A stretch of 18,295 nucleotides of DNA from Armatimonadota bacterium (GTDB lineage Bacteria; Armatimonadota; Zipacnadia; Zipacnadales; UBA5352). The position numbers and the translations under genes are program-made. Below, one piece after another: positions 1 through 7,183 of this stretch. The stretch covers positions 1-18,295 of the forward strand of contig JAYENL010000305.1 of assembly GCA_034722055.1 (NCBI GenBank), written 5' to 3'. The notes beneath the pieces were generated by a model, which saw only the letters and a program-made list of their open reading frames with translations, was not told where the DNA came from and made no database searches. Each line of letters begins with the position of its first letter. The first letter of the stretch is position 1.

Positions 1-31
1 GAGGGACAATAGGCCGTGGCCGCGTGCGCAT
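1..31 (-). CDS. 5' end of a gene running off the left edge (MRTRPRPIVP...), product unknown
   Basis: ATG at 31-29 with a strong SD (AGGAGGT, complement of 39-45) 7 nt upstream. The frame is open to the window edge, and a sigma70 promoter lies upstream at 189-217. Confidence 0.7.
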   Translation of the reverse strand, partial: MRTRPRPIVP

Positions 32-188
32 CGGGCCCACCTCCTGCTGCGAAGTGCTGTTGTAAGGTATCGTGCGGCGGCCGGCGGCTCGGCGCTTGCA
101 TGGTGGCATGCGCATATTCAGACCACGTCCAGACCCACACCCCTGGTCTGGAACTGAAGTCCGGGCGCAACCAGTACGCATCCCGCCA

Positions 189-217
189 AGTATAGAGAGC
201 CAGCCCGCCTCCGTCAA
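189..217 (-). promoter_or_regulatory. sigma70-type promoter for the left-edge gene
   Basis: The minus strand reads TTGACG (217-212), 17 bp spacer, TATACT (194-189). This implies a 5' leader of about 150 nt. Confidence 0.75.
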
Positions 218-353
218 GTGGCGCAGCAGGCAGATTTGCCCATTCAGAGGTGTCTGAGGGCCGTTCTGCCGGTTGCATTCTACGGCCGCGAGGATGGCGC
301 GACCTCAGGGGCACGCCGTTGGCGCGGCGCCGAATCGTGTCTCGCATGTTGGG

Positions 354-393
354 AACGCAAAACGCGGAACCCGGCCGGAAGCCGGGTCCCGCG
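354..393 (-). terminator. Intrinsic terminator of the PEP-CTERM-like gene
   Basis: 13-bp stem 363-375/381-393 with a UUCCG loop, followed by UUUUGCGUU on the minus strand. The single non-Watson-Crick position is a G-U pair only on the minus strand. Confidence 0.8.
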
Positions 394-559
394 CGGTCTG
401 AAGCACAAGCAGTCATCGGGCCTTGCGTTGGGGGTACTTCGCCGCAAGGGCTCCGGTAGATCACCTTCTGGGCCGCTGCAAAGCATCGCTACGCGAGCGT
501 CGGCGCCACGTCCAGGCCACAAGGCGCCTCGTGACTGCCGCTCGGATCGTCGCGCGGAC

Positions 560-1330
560 TCAGTCGTCCTTGCGTCGGCGTCCACGCAGGTACGCAATGC
601 CGAGCGGGAACATGCTCAGACCCAGCAGGGCCGAGGGAGGCAGTTCCGGCGTGAGGTACTCGCTCGTCTGAGCCCGCTTGTACCCCGTAGTGAACCCGGA
701 CGACTCCGAGCCATAGCCCGTCCAGCCCATCTGCATGTTCTGCTCGCCGATGCCTTGAGGTATGAGGACATCGACGGCAAAGTTGACATACGTCGTCTTC
801 GTTGAGCCGGCGGCATCGTCCGGATCCCAGATCAGAAGGCCCTTGGAGAACTCCGTTGGGTCCCCGGCCACCACGTCGTACTTCGGCCCGTCGTCATCGA
901 CGAAGATGCCGACAAAGCCGTCGTCTCCCTGTTGACCATATGTCGGCCCTGAGCCGTGGACCCAATCGCCCGCTGGCAGCGTCTGCGCAGCCTCTCCTTC
1001 AGACCAGTACGCGCCGGAGAAGCTGCCCTCCATGAATCTGTTGACAAGGTCCCCGCCATCGGGCTGCCAGCGCATCCCGGTGAAGCGCCACTCACGGCTC
1101 GGAGTGGCTTGCTCCTCACCGGGCAGAGCAGTGATGTAGCTTCCGGCTTCGAGCGTCAGCGTGACGTCGAAGTGCCACACGTTGTCGAGGCCGTAGTCCG
1201 CGTACGGAACTCCATACGCTGAGTACACGCCCCCACCCCAGTTGAGAGCCTCAACCGCGAGGGCGGGAGCAGTGCACACCAGCCCGCAGACCACGACCAG
1301 TGTGCCGAGTCTTACGGGACGCGATTGCAT
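560..1330 (-). CDS. Secreted/surface protein with variant PEP-CTERM (exosortase) sorting signal, 256 aa
   Basis: SD GGAGG upstream of ATG 1330 and an N-terminal signal peptide (...CTAPALA). The C-terminus TPELPPSALLGLSMFPLGIAYLRGRRRKDD has the motif + hydrophobic helix + Arg cluster layout of PEP-CTERM. Confidence 0.85.
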   Translation of the reverse strand: MQSRPVRLGTLVVVCGLVCTAPALAVEALNWGGGVYSAYGVPYADYGLDNVWHFDVTLTLEAGSYITALPGEEQATPSREWRFTGMRWQPDGGDLVNRFMEGSFSGAYWSEGEAAQTLPAGDWVHGSGPTYGQQGDDGFVGIFVDDDGPKYDVVAGDPTEFSKGLLIWDPDDAAGSTKTTYVNFAVDVLIPQGIGEQNMQMGWTGYGSESSGFTTGYKRAQTSEYLTPELPPSALLGLSMFPLGIAYLRGRRRKDD

Positions 1331-1438
1331 CGCAAGTCCCTCCGTTCGTTGCGTTGCTGCGCGACGTTTCTGGATGCGCCCCGAGAGACCACCCAGAACC
1401 TCTCCAGGGCAATAGTACCCACACTGTTACGCTTGGTG

Positions 1439-1447
1439 ATTGTACCA
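1439..1447 (-). promoter_or_regulatory. Extended -10 promoter element for the PEP-CTERM-like gene
   Basis: Minus strand TG-G-TACAAT at 1447-1439. A second -10-like hexamer, TACTAT, lies at 1417-1412. There is no good -35. Confidence 0.55.
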
Positions 1448-1464
1448 TTACTCCTGGGTACGGG

Positions 1465-1484
1465 GCTCACAGTTCGCTCACAGT
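1465..1484. promoter_or_regulatory. 9-bp direct repeat, likely transcription factor binding site
   Basis: GCTCACAGT at 1465-1473 and 1476-1484 (11-bp period), 20 bp upstream of the TACAAT hexamer. Confidence 0.55.
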
Positions 1485-1695
1485 CATGGCCCACGCGGAT
1501 GTCTTTCTTGTGGTGGCCACGACGCGTGCTCTTCATCATCCGCGGATCTGTCGTGGCGGCCCACAAACGCCACAGCATCCGGCGCGACGGCACCAGCCGC
1601 CGCAGGTGAGCCCGGCGCGAGCGCGGAAGGCAGAGCCGCCAGCCCAAGCGAGACGCCGACGGCCGCGGAACGGCTGGAGGACCGACGGAGGAGGG

Positions 1696-4671
1696 ATGAA
1701 CATGCGCGCACGTCTGGCGGGGCTCGTCATCGCCGCCATGGCATCGGTCGCGCAGTGCGGCGCCGAGCAGGCTGATGGCCGCGGTGGGCGCCCGGTCATC
1801 GCGGCGACAGCGTTCCGGGACGGCGAGGTGACGATTGACGGCCGGCTCGACGAGTGGGATGCCTCGCGCGCCGTCAGCCTGCGCACCTCTACCGCCCACT
1901 GCGTTGACGCCGCAATCGAGGGCGACGACGATCTCTCGGCCCAGGTCATGCTCGGCTTCGACTCCTCCACGCTCTACGTGGCGGCCGCTGTGAGGGACCA
2001 CCACGTCGAGGGGCGGATCGGTGGCCGCGGCATCTGGCAGAACGACGCCATCGAGCTGTGGTTCGACTGCCGCCTGGATTCTGTCGTGGACATGAGCGGC
2101 GAGGACGACTATCAGGTAGTGATCAGCTATACCACGCCCTCGGGCGACCCCGGCCTCGAGGTGTACCGCAACTCGCGCACCATGCACCTCTACGCGGCGT
2201 CACGCGTCGCGACCCAGCTCACGGCGGATGGCTACGCCCTCGAGATCGCATTGCCGCGCGCGGGACTCCTCGGCCTACCCCGGGGCGAGAGGGCGGCCTG
2301 CGGATTCAACGTGTCGGTATGCGACAGCGACCCCGGCGCCTTCAAGCGGCTGCTGTGGTCGGGGACGCGCATCGCGTATCCCGAGGACTTCGGTCTCCTG
2401 ACCCTCGGCCGCATTGACTCTGAGGCCATGACACCCCTCGTGGAGCAACGCGCCCAAGCGGAGGCCCCTGGCGAGCCGATGCCGGAACCGCCGCGGCCAG
2501 CGCCCCTGCTGGAGGTGACCGGCGTCAACTCGCAGGAGGTGGAGCGCTTCGGCAGGTTCGAGATCACCGCGCGCATCCGCGGTGATTTCGCGAATCCCTA
2601 TGACTTCGACGATGTGTGCCTGCGCGGGCACTTCATTGCGCCTGACGGCCAGACGACAGCCATCGATGGCTTCTACATGGTGCCCCATCGCGTCCACTAC
2701 CTGCGCGGGGACGAGAGCGTGACCCCGTCCGGGGAGCCGCGCTGGCAGGTGCGCTTCACGCCCATGACGGTGGGGCGCCACCGGTGGCGTCTGGAGCTGT
2801 TGGTGGCCGGCGAGGCGGTGGCGGAGCTTGCCGAGCGGGAGTTCCTGTGCGTGCCCTCTGAACGACACGGCTTCGTGCGGCCGGCTCGCGGGGCCCCGCA
2901 CTACCTGGAGCACAGCGACGGCCACCCCTACTACGCCATCGGCTGCGGGGGACACCTGTGGAACGCGAACAACGCATGCCAGGTCTACGACGGCTACCTC
3001 AACCAGTTGGCTGCGTTCGGAGGCAACTGCCTGAGCGTCAACCTGGAGGTGCTTGGCGGCGGGGCCTTCGACCTGGAGGTCACGGGGGCGCTGGGAACGT
3101 ACGACCAGGCGTCGGCGGCCCGCTTCGACTACGTGATTGCACGCGCCGAGCGCCGGGGCATTCGCCTGATCCCATGCCTGAACCAGACCGCCATCGCGCA
3201 GGCAAAACACTGGGAGCACAGCAAGTACAACGCGAGGAACGGGGGGCCGTGCGAGCACGCGGAGGAGTACTTCACCTCTGCCGAGGCCAGGCGTCTGCAG
3301 AAACGGCGGCTGCGGTATACAGTCGCACGGTGGGGCTACTCGCCAGCGATCCTGGCCTGGGAGCTGTTCAACGAGGTCAACTACACGGTCGGCGCGCAGC
3401 GCGACCGGGAGGCCGTCATCGACTGGCACCGCGAGATGTCGCGGTACCTGCACGAGATCGACCCGAATGGGCACATGGTGACGACCAGCTTCGGCTCGGC
3501 CAGCTCCGTGGAGATGCCCCAGATCTGGCGGCTGGAGAGCATCGACGCCACCGTCACCCACGAGTACGGGAGCGACCTGGCGCTGGACCTGCACCTGCGC
3601 AACCTGGAGAAGTGGCAGTACGCCAAGCCGTGCATCGGCGGGGAGACGGGGCTGAAGTTCCCGGCCGCCAACCGGCTGGTGGAGATCGACCCCGAGGGCA
3701 CCGGGCTGCACAACAGCCTGTGGAGCAGCCTGGTCGCCGGGACCGCGGGCAACACGCTGACCTGGTGGATGAACCGCTACCTGCAGCCGCTTGACCTGTT
3801 CCATCACTACCAGGCCCTGGCCAGCTTCGTCAAGGACGTGCCCTTCACGACCGCCGGCTTTACACCCTTCGAGGCGCCGGCATACAGGAGTGAAGCGGCA
3901 GCCGGCTGGCAGGACTTGAGCATCCCGACCTTCAAGGCCTGGGGCGAGGCGTCCAGGCGCGAGGGGGAGCTGTGGCTGGAGGAGACCGGCCTCAAGCGCG
4001 TCGTGGAGGTGGACGGAACCGGGGAGCGGCCGCTGCTCGACACGGAGCTGCCCGGAGTGCTCTACGGCCGCGACCATCCGGAGTGGGCCTGCTCGCCCTC
4101 GATGCAGGTCCGCGTCCCGCATCGAATGCGGCTGGTGTTCGCCCTCGCCGCGGTCAGCACGCAGGGCGGTCGGCTCGAGGTGCTGGTGGATGGCGAGCGC
4201 GCCGCCCTTGAGGCTGTGAAGGACCGCGACGGCGAGGACAATCCCGAGGCCCGAGAGCTGGACCAGCGCGTCGTCGTGGTCCTGGAGCCGGGCGAGGCCG
4301 CACGCACCGTGACGTGGCGCAATGTGGGCGCGGGCTGGATCACGATAGACGAGATCGCGGCGCGCGACTTCCTTCCGGCGTCCCTGGTGCCCGAGGTGCG
4401 TGTCTGGGGACTGCGCGGACCGGAGCTGGCCATCATCTGGGTGCACAACTGTGAGAGCATCATGGAGGGCGGGCCGCCGGCGGAGGAGCTGACCCGATAT
4501 ACCGACCTCGCCGTCCCCCTTACCGGTCTCCGTCCCGGAGCCTACGAGGTCGAGTGGTGGGACACCTGGCGCGGGCGGCCGACGCAGCGGCAGCGCGTTC
4601 GGGCCCAGGATGGCCTGGTGCTGCGCCCCCCGCCCTTCCGACGAGACGTCGCCGCGAAGGTCCGGCGCTGA
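1696..4671 (+). CDS. Secreted multidomain glycoside hydrolase: CBM9/DOMON-like sugar-binding domain + DUF5060-like domain + clan GH-A (GH5-like) barrel + C-terminal beta domains, ~990 aa
   Basis: SD GGAGGAGG at 1687-1694 before ATG 1696 (alternative ATG 1702) and a signal peptide. Motifs: IDGRLDEW...DAIELWFD...GFNVSVCDSD (CBM9-like), ERFGRFEIT...NPYD...WQVRFTP (DUF5060-like), AWELFNEV (acid/base) and IGGETG (nucleophile). The ORF-track extension 1300-1695 overlaps the divergent promoter region and is rejected. Confidence 0.85.
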   Translation: MNMRARLAGLVIAAMASVAQCGAEQADGRGGRPVIAATAFRDGEVTIDGRLDEWDASRAVSLRTSTAHCVDAAIEGDDDLSAQVMLGFDSSTLYVAAAVRDHHVEGRIGGRGIWQNDAIELWFDCRLDSVVDMSGEDDYQVVISYTTPSGDPGLEVYRNSRTMHLYAASRVATQLTADGYALEIALPRAGLLGLPRGERAACGFNVSVCDSDPGAFKRLLWSGTRIAYPEDFGLLTLGRIDSEAMTPLVEQRAQAEAPGEPMPEPPRPAPLLEVTGVNSQEVERFGRFEITARIRGDFANPYDFDDVCLRGHFIAPDGQTTAIDGFYMVPHRVHYLRGDESVTPSGEPRWQVRFTPMTVGRHRWRLELLVAGEAVAELAEREFLCVPSERHGFVRPARGAPHYLEHSDGHPYYAIGCGGHLWNANNACQVYDGYLNQLAAFGGNCLSVNLEVLGGGAFDLEVTGALGTYDQASAARFDYVIARAERRGIRLIPCLNQTAIAQAKHWEHSKYNARNGGPCEHAEEYFTSAEARRLQKRRLRYTVARWGYSPAILAWELFNEVNYTVGAQRDREAVIDWHREMSRYLHEIDPNGHMVTTSFGSASSVEMPQIWRLESIDATVTHEYGSDLALDLHLRNLEKWQYAKPCIGGETGLKFPAANRLVEIDPEGTGLHNSLWSSLVAGTAGNTLTWWMNRYLQPLDLFHHYQALASFVKDVPFTTAGFTPFEAPAYRSEAAAGWQDLSIPTFKAWGEASRREGELWLEETGLKRVVEVDGTGERPLLDTELPGVLYGRDHPEWACSPSMQVRVPHRMRLVFALAAVSTQGGRLEVLVDGERAALEAVKDRDGEDNPEARELDQRVVVVLEPGEAARTVTWRNVGAGWITIDEIAARDFLPASLVPEVRVWGLRGPELAIIWVHNCESIMEGGPPAEELTRYTDLAVPLTGLRPGAYEVEWWDTWRGRPTQRQRVRAQDGLVLRPPPFRRDVAAKVRR

Positions 4672-4746
4672 CCGGCGACGCGGCGAGCAGTGAGACGCGC
4701 GCTGCAGCCCTGACGGGAAGGTCATCGTCTTCAGCAAGCCGGTGGA

Positions 4747-4780
4747 GGGCGCCCGGCAGCTTCACCTGATCCGGGCGCCC
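4747..4780. other. Intergenic GC-rich hairpin
   Basis: Perfect 10-bp inverted repeat GGGCGCCCGG (4747-4756) / CCGGGCGCCC (4771-4780) just upstream of the next SD, with no U-tract. Confidence 0.5.
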
Positions 4781-4801
4781 CAGTGATGGGAGGATGTCGC
4801 G

Positions 4802-7087
4802 ATGGTGTCGATGAGCGATACGACCGACCTCGCCGAGCCCGATCTGCCGCCCGATGAGAACCAGCTCAGCCGCCGCTACCTGCGCATACTGGAGGGCTGG
4901 ATCCCGGTGGGCGTGGAGTACTTCGCCGAGTGGCCGGAGCGCCCCAACTGCGGTCACTTCTTCGGCGGCGTGCACTGGTACGGGCAGGACTCGATCGGGC
5001 CCGCGGAGACCTTCGCGCTGGCGAGCGCCTCGCCCGAGTACGACAAGCGCGCCACGGGGGTCTCGCGCGACGAGCTGCGGGAGATGGCGCTGAAGGCGAT
5101 CCGCTACCTTTGCTTCACGCACGACACCGGCCCTGAGGAGTGCGTGCGGCCGGCCGTAGGGCTGGGGCGTCCGGAGAACTGCGGGACCAAGTGGGGCGAG
5201 CGCGGCCAGGGGTTCTTCAGGGAGAGCCAGTGCGGGCACGGCATCGCGGGCATCGCGCGCGTCTGCCTCCTGCTGCGGGAGCAGATGGACGACGAGACGT
5301 GGATGATGGTTGCACGCATGCACGAGGACTATGCGGGGCGCTTCGGCGCGATGGCCCCGCGAAGCGGAATCTACCTCGACACGCAGATGGAGGAGAACGC
5401 CTGGACGTCGCTGGGCCTGGCCTCCTGCTACCTGTTCCTGTCGCGGCACGAGTCGGCCGGCGAGTGGGAGGCGACGGCGCGCCGCTGGATGTTCTCGACC
5501 TGCGCGGCGCCGCAGGATGCGCAGGACCTGGGGCAGGTCGGCGAGAGCACCGTGCGCGCGCTGGCCGGGAAGACCTTCACGGCCCTGCCCGACTACTGGG
5601 CCGAAAACCACGGGATGGTGCACCCCAGCTACACGGCGTCGGGCGTGGCCTCGCTGATGACCATTGGCTGCCAGCTTCGCCTGTGGGGCCGGGAGCTGCC
5701 GCCGGAGCTGTGGTGGAATCGCCGCCGGGTCTACGAGAACCTGAAGGCCGTCACCGACGGGGCGGGCTACCCGCAGGCCATGCAGGGGATGGACTGGCAC
5801 TACCTGCCAGCGGTGGGGGCCGAGACCCCGCACGCCATCGCGTCGGTGTTCTTCGATGACCCCGACGCCGCCGCGCTGCAGCGTCGGGGCCTGCACAACA
5901 CCGAGCTCCGCCAGGAGGGCAACGGCGGGCGGCTCTACGACCGCGACTTCGCGGAGCGGGCGCACGATCAGCAGGACCCGATGATCATGCGCGAGGTCAC
6001 CATTCGCGCGGCCGCGCACCTCTACCTTCTCCACCGGCTGTTCGGCCCCGGCCCCGAGCCGACACCTGCTGAGGAGCTCGAGGAGCGCCTGCGGGGCGTG
6101 CGAGTCTTCCCCCACGCGGGCTTCGTGCACCATCGGCACATACGCGGGCAGACGTCGCTGTCGTGGCGCAACTCAATCATGGCCCTCCCGCTCACGCCCG
6201 AGGGCATCTACACCATCGCCCCCGCAACCGACTCCTGGCTGGGACGGCCCGTGGTCCGCGACCGCCCGAACAGCCACCGCCTGGTGAGCGCGCGCGTGAC
6301 CGAGTGCGACGACGCCTTCGCCGCCGCGCTGGTCATCGACCGCTGCCAGCAGTCGCTGCGCCAGCAGGTGCTGCTGGCTAGCCTGCCGGACGGCCGCCTG
6401 CTGTCGTGGGAGCGCTTCGTGGCGCTGGAGCCGATCGTGCTGGAGTCCCTCGACCAGGGCGTCCTCACGCTGACGAACGAGACCTACCCGCTGCTGGGGT
6501 CGAACAGCAGGGGGACGCGGACGCTGCACGGGCCCCATGGGGCGACGGACTACGCGGGCAGGCTGGGCGAGAGCGAGGGCGACGACGTGGTCGATGCACT
6601 GGGGCGGCCGGGCTGGCTGAACCTCGATGACCGCCTGGGCGTAGTCTTCGCCGGGCCCGGCGAGGCGCTCTATCACAACCGCCGCTACCACCGGCCCTAC
6701 CGGGCGATCGCCGACGACGTGGTGCTCTCGCGGCTCGAGGGCGGGCTGACGCTGGAGGCCGGGCAGGCCACCGAGCCGCTGGTGGCGCTGCTGGTACCGG
6801 AGCAGGCGCACGAGGGGACGCCGGCGTCCGCGCTGCGCGCGCTCGACGCGCCGCCCGACAGTGCCTGCCTGACGACTGGCGACTACCTCGCGGCGGCCAA
6901 CTTCGCCGAGAGCCGGCGGGTGTTGGCCTTCGCGCAGGAACGCGCCGAGGACCTGACGGTCTACGAGGGCGCGGCGATGGAGGCCACCGACGACGCGGTG
7001 CGGCATGTCGTCACGCTGCAGGGGCGCCACGCCTGCCTGCTGCCGGCCGCCACCGCCTCGCCGACCACTCGCCGGCCAGGCGCATGA
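4802..7087 (+). CDS. Uncharacterised 761-aa protein, possibly alpha/alpha-toroid + beta-sandwich (polysaccharide lyase-like) architecture
   Basis: SD GGAGG at 4789-4793, host-like codon usage and no signal peptide. The helical-looking N-half carries DTQMEENAW and AENHGMVHPSY; the C-half is beta-rich. The fold is inference. Confidence 0.8.
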   Translation: MVSMSDTTDLAEPDLPPDENQLSRRYLRILEGWIPVGVEYFAEWPERPNCGHFFGGVHWYGQDSIGPAETFALASASPEYDKRATGVSRDELREMALKAIRYLCFTHDTGPEECVRPAVGLGRPENCGTKWGERGQGFFRESQCGHGIAGIARVCLLLREQMDDETWMMVARMHEDYAGRFGAMAPRSGIYLDTQMEENAWTSLGLASCYLFLSRHESAGEWEATARRWMFSTCAAPQDAQDLGQVGESTVRALAGKTFTALPDYWAENHGMVHPSYTASGVASLMTIGCQLRLWGRELPPELWWNRRRVYENLKAVTDGAGYPQAMQGMDWHYLPAVGAETPHAIASVFFDDPDAAALQRRGLHNTELRQEGNGGRLYDRDFAERAHDQQDPMIMREVTIRAAAHLYLLHRLFGPGPEPTPAEELEERLRGVRVFPHAGFVHHRHIRGQTSLSWRNSIMALPLTPEGIYTIAPATDSWLGRPVVRDRPNSHRLVSARVTECDDAFAAALVIDRCQQSLRQQVLLASLPDGRLLSWERFVALEPIVLESLDQGVLTLTNETYPLLGSNSRGTRTLHGPHGATDYAGRLGESEGDDVVDALGRPGWLNLDDRLGVVFAGPGEALYHNRRYHRPYRAIADDVVLSRLEGGLTLEAGQATEPLVALLVPEQAHEGTPASALRALDAPPDSACLTTGDYLAAANFAESRRVLAFAQERAEDLTVYEGAAMEATDDAVRHVVTLQGRHACLLPAATASPTTRRPGA

Positions 7088-7098
7088 TGGTCCCGGCG

Positions 7099-7180
7099 GA
7101 CGCTCGCCACGCGGGCGTCGGTCTCGATGCCGCCCACCATGGTTTCTGTGCCCACCGCCTCGCGCTCGCAGGCGATGGGC
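7099..7180. terminator. Two hairpins between convergent genes (possible terminators/3' stabilisers)
   Basis: 7099-7119 is a 9-bp stem whose G-U pair works on the plus strand, just after the plus gene. 7150-7180 is a stem whose C/A mismatch becomes G-U on the minus strand, just after the minus gene. Neither has a clear U-tract. Confidence 0.4.
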
Positions 7181-7183
7181 CCG

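Noticed and set aside
85..100. GG-N10-GC sigma54-like pattern on the plus strand
   Set aside because: Poor -24 match (CGGCTC) and no plus-strand gene downstream.
345..395. GGGAACGCAAAA resembling part of a c-di-GMP-I riboswitch
   Set aside because: The GGCAAAC and GAAA-tetraloop elements are missing, and the segment is fully explained as the U-tract and stem of a minus-strand terminator.
218..805. 195-aa plus-strand ORF and other short ORFs in 72-671
   Set aside because: No SD or motifs, and they overlap a terminator, a promoter and the antisense strand of the PEP-CTERM-like gene.
1300..1695. N-terminal extensions given by the ORF track (also 8438-8743, 12257-12664 and 12375-12539)
   Set aside because: Low-complexity Arg/Pro/Ala translations that overlap promoters or other genes. 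The downstream starts have SD sequences and signal peptides.
2275..4737. 820-aa minus-strand ORF, and similar long antisense ORFs at 4520-6139, 7127-8350, 8875-9948 and 12894-15611
   Set aside because: These are shadows of real genes on the opposite strand, expected in high-GC coding DNA, with no recognisable motifs.
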